A DNA stretch of 27,728 bases. Origin: Arcobacteraceae bacterium. GTDB taxonomy: Bacteria; Campylobacterota; Campylobacteria; Campylobacterales; Arcobacteraceae. Below are positions 26,933 to 27,728 of this stretch, piece after piece (position 1 is the stretch's first letter; every line of letters begins with the position of its first letter). The stretch spans positions 1 through 27,728 of the forward strand of contig JBLWVX010000034.1 of assembly GCA_048268245.1 (NCBI GenBank), in the 5' to 3' direction. Under the pieces are notes generated by a model. It worked only from the letters and a program-made list of their open reading frames with translations, was not told where the DNA came from and did not search any database. Both the position numbers and the translations under genes were made by a program.

Positions 26933-27728
26933 ATGAGTTTATTAGCTGATTACAAAGCACACACGCAAGAAAGACTTAATGAGGGTGGATTACCTCCATT
27001 AGCTTTAACTGCTGAGCAAACTGCTGAATTAGTAGAATTACTAAAAGCAGATTCTGTTGAGGAAGCAGAGTACTGTTTAGAATTATTTAGAAACAAAATC
27101 AACCCAGGTGTTGATGACGCTGCTTACGTTAAAGCTGCATTTTTAAATGACGTTGTTCAAGGAAATGTTTCTTGTTCTGTAATTTCTAAAGCTGATGCTA
27201 TTGAAATTTTAGGAACAATGATGGGTGGATACAACGTATCTCCATTAGTTGAAGCTTTAAAAGTTGAAGAAGTAGCTGAGTCTGCTGCTGAGCAATTAAA
27301 AAACACTATCTTAGTTTATGATGCATTCAATGATGTAAAAGATTTAATGGATGCTGGAAATGCAAAGGCTAAAGAAGTTATCGAGTCTTGGGCAAATGGT
27401 GAGTGGTTCACTAACAAGCCAGCTTTAGAAGAAGAAATTAAATTAACTGTTTACAAAATTCCTGGTGAAACAAATACAGATGATTTATCTCCTGCAACTG
27501 TTGCATTTACAAGATCTGATATTCCATTACACGCAACTGCGATGTTACAATCAAGAATGGAAAATCCTTTAGATACTATGAAAGAACTTAAAGAAAAAGG
27601 TAACCCATTAGCATACGTTGGTGATGTTGTTGGTACTGGTTCTTCAAGAAAATCAGGTATTAACTCTGTTCAATGGCACATGGGTAGAGATATTCCAGGT
27701 GTTCCTAATAAAAGAACAGGTGGTGTTG
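26933..27728 (+). CDS. acnB: Aconitate hydratase B, 5' part (runs off the window)
   Basis: Own translation: MSLLADYKAHTQERLNEGGLPPLALTAEQTAELVELLK...PGVDDAAYVKA...LGTMMGGYN...SWANGEWF...GETNTDDLSPA...GDVVGTGSSRKS. Absent from the ORF track only because there is no stop in the window. Confidence 0.96.
   Translation, partial: MSLLADYKAHTQERLNEGGLPPLALTAEQTAELVELLKADSVEEAEYCLELFRNKINPGVDDAAYVKAAFLNDVVQGNVSCSVISKADAIEILGTMMGGYNVSPLVEALKVEEVAESAAEQLKNTILVYDAFNDVKDLMDAGNAKAKEVIESWANGEWFTNKPALEEEIKLTVYKIPGETNTDDLSPATVAFTRSDIPLHATAMLQSRMENPLDTMKELKEKGNPLAYVGDVVGTGSSRKSGINSVQWHMGRDIPGVPNKRTGGV

Overview
Very AT-rich chromosomal window whose gene set, H-box style (IAHHWRQPL) and TGnTAtAAT promoters point to a Campylobacterota genome, most likely Arcobacteraceae (inference). 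It is mostly housekeeping and lipid/envelope genes: an orphan PAS-GAF histidine kinase, an mlaA-mlaC-MMPL operon, M23 and M48 peptidases, aspA, yebC, fumC, a YiiD-C-type hotdog protein and the 5' part of acnB. It also holds a five-gene beta-oxidation operon (fadD-thiolase-fadB/J-fadE) ending in an acyltransferase/lipase fusion, and a decayed EamA/YddG transporter pseudogene. No CRISPR array, rRNA, tRNA or mobile element was seen. The most notable signals are: (1) a stand-alone gene fusing a 4-TM domain to a GT51 transglycosylase domain predicted to face the cytoplasm, whose real start appears to be an ATA codon 88 codons upstream of the called ORF; (2) a candidate ~113-nt sRNA with its own -10, an anti-Shine-Dalgarno loop and a C-rich terminator, antisense to a 23-codon sORF; (3) the acyltransferase-hydrolase fusion coupled to fad genes; (4) a shared acidic-Phe motif in MlaA and the MMPL transporter.
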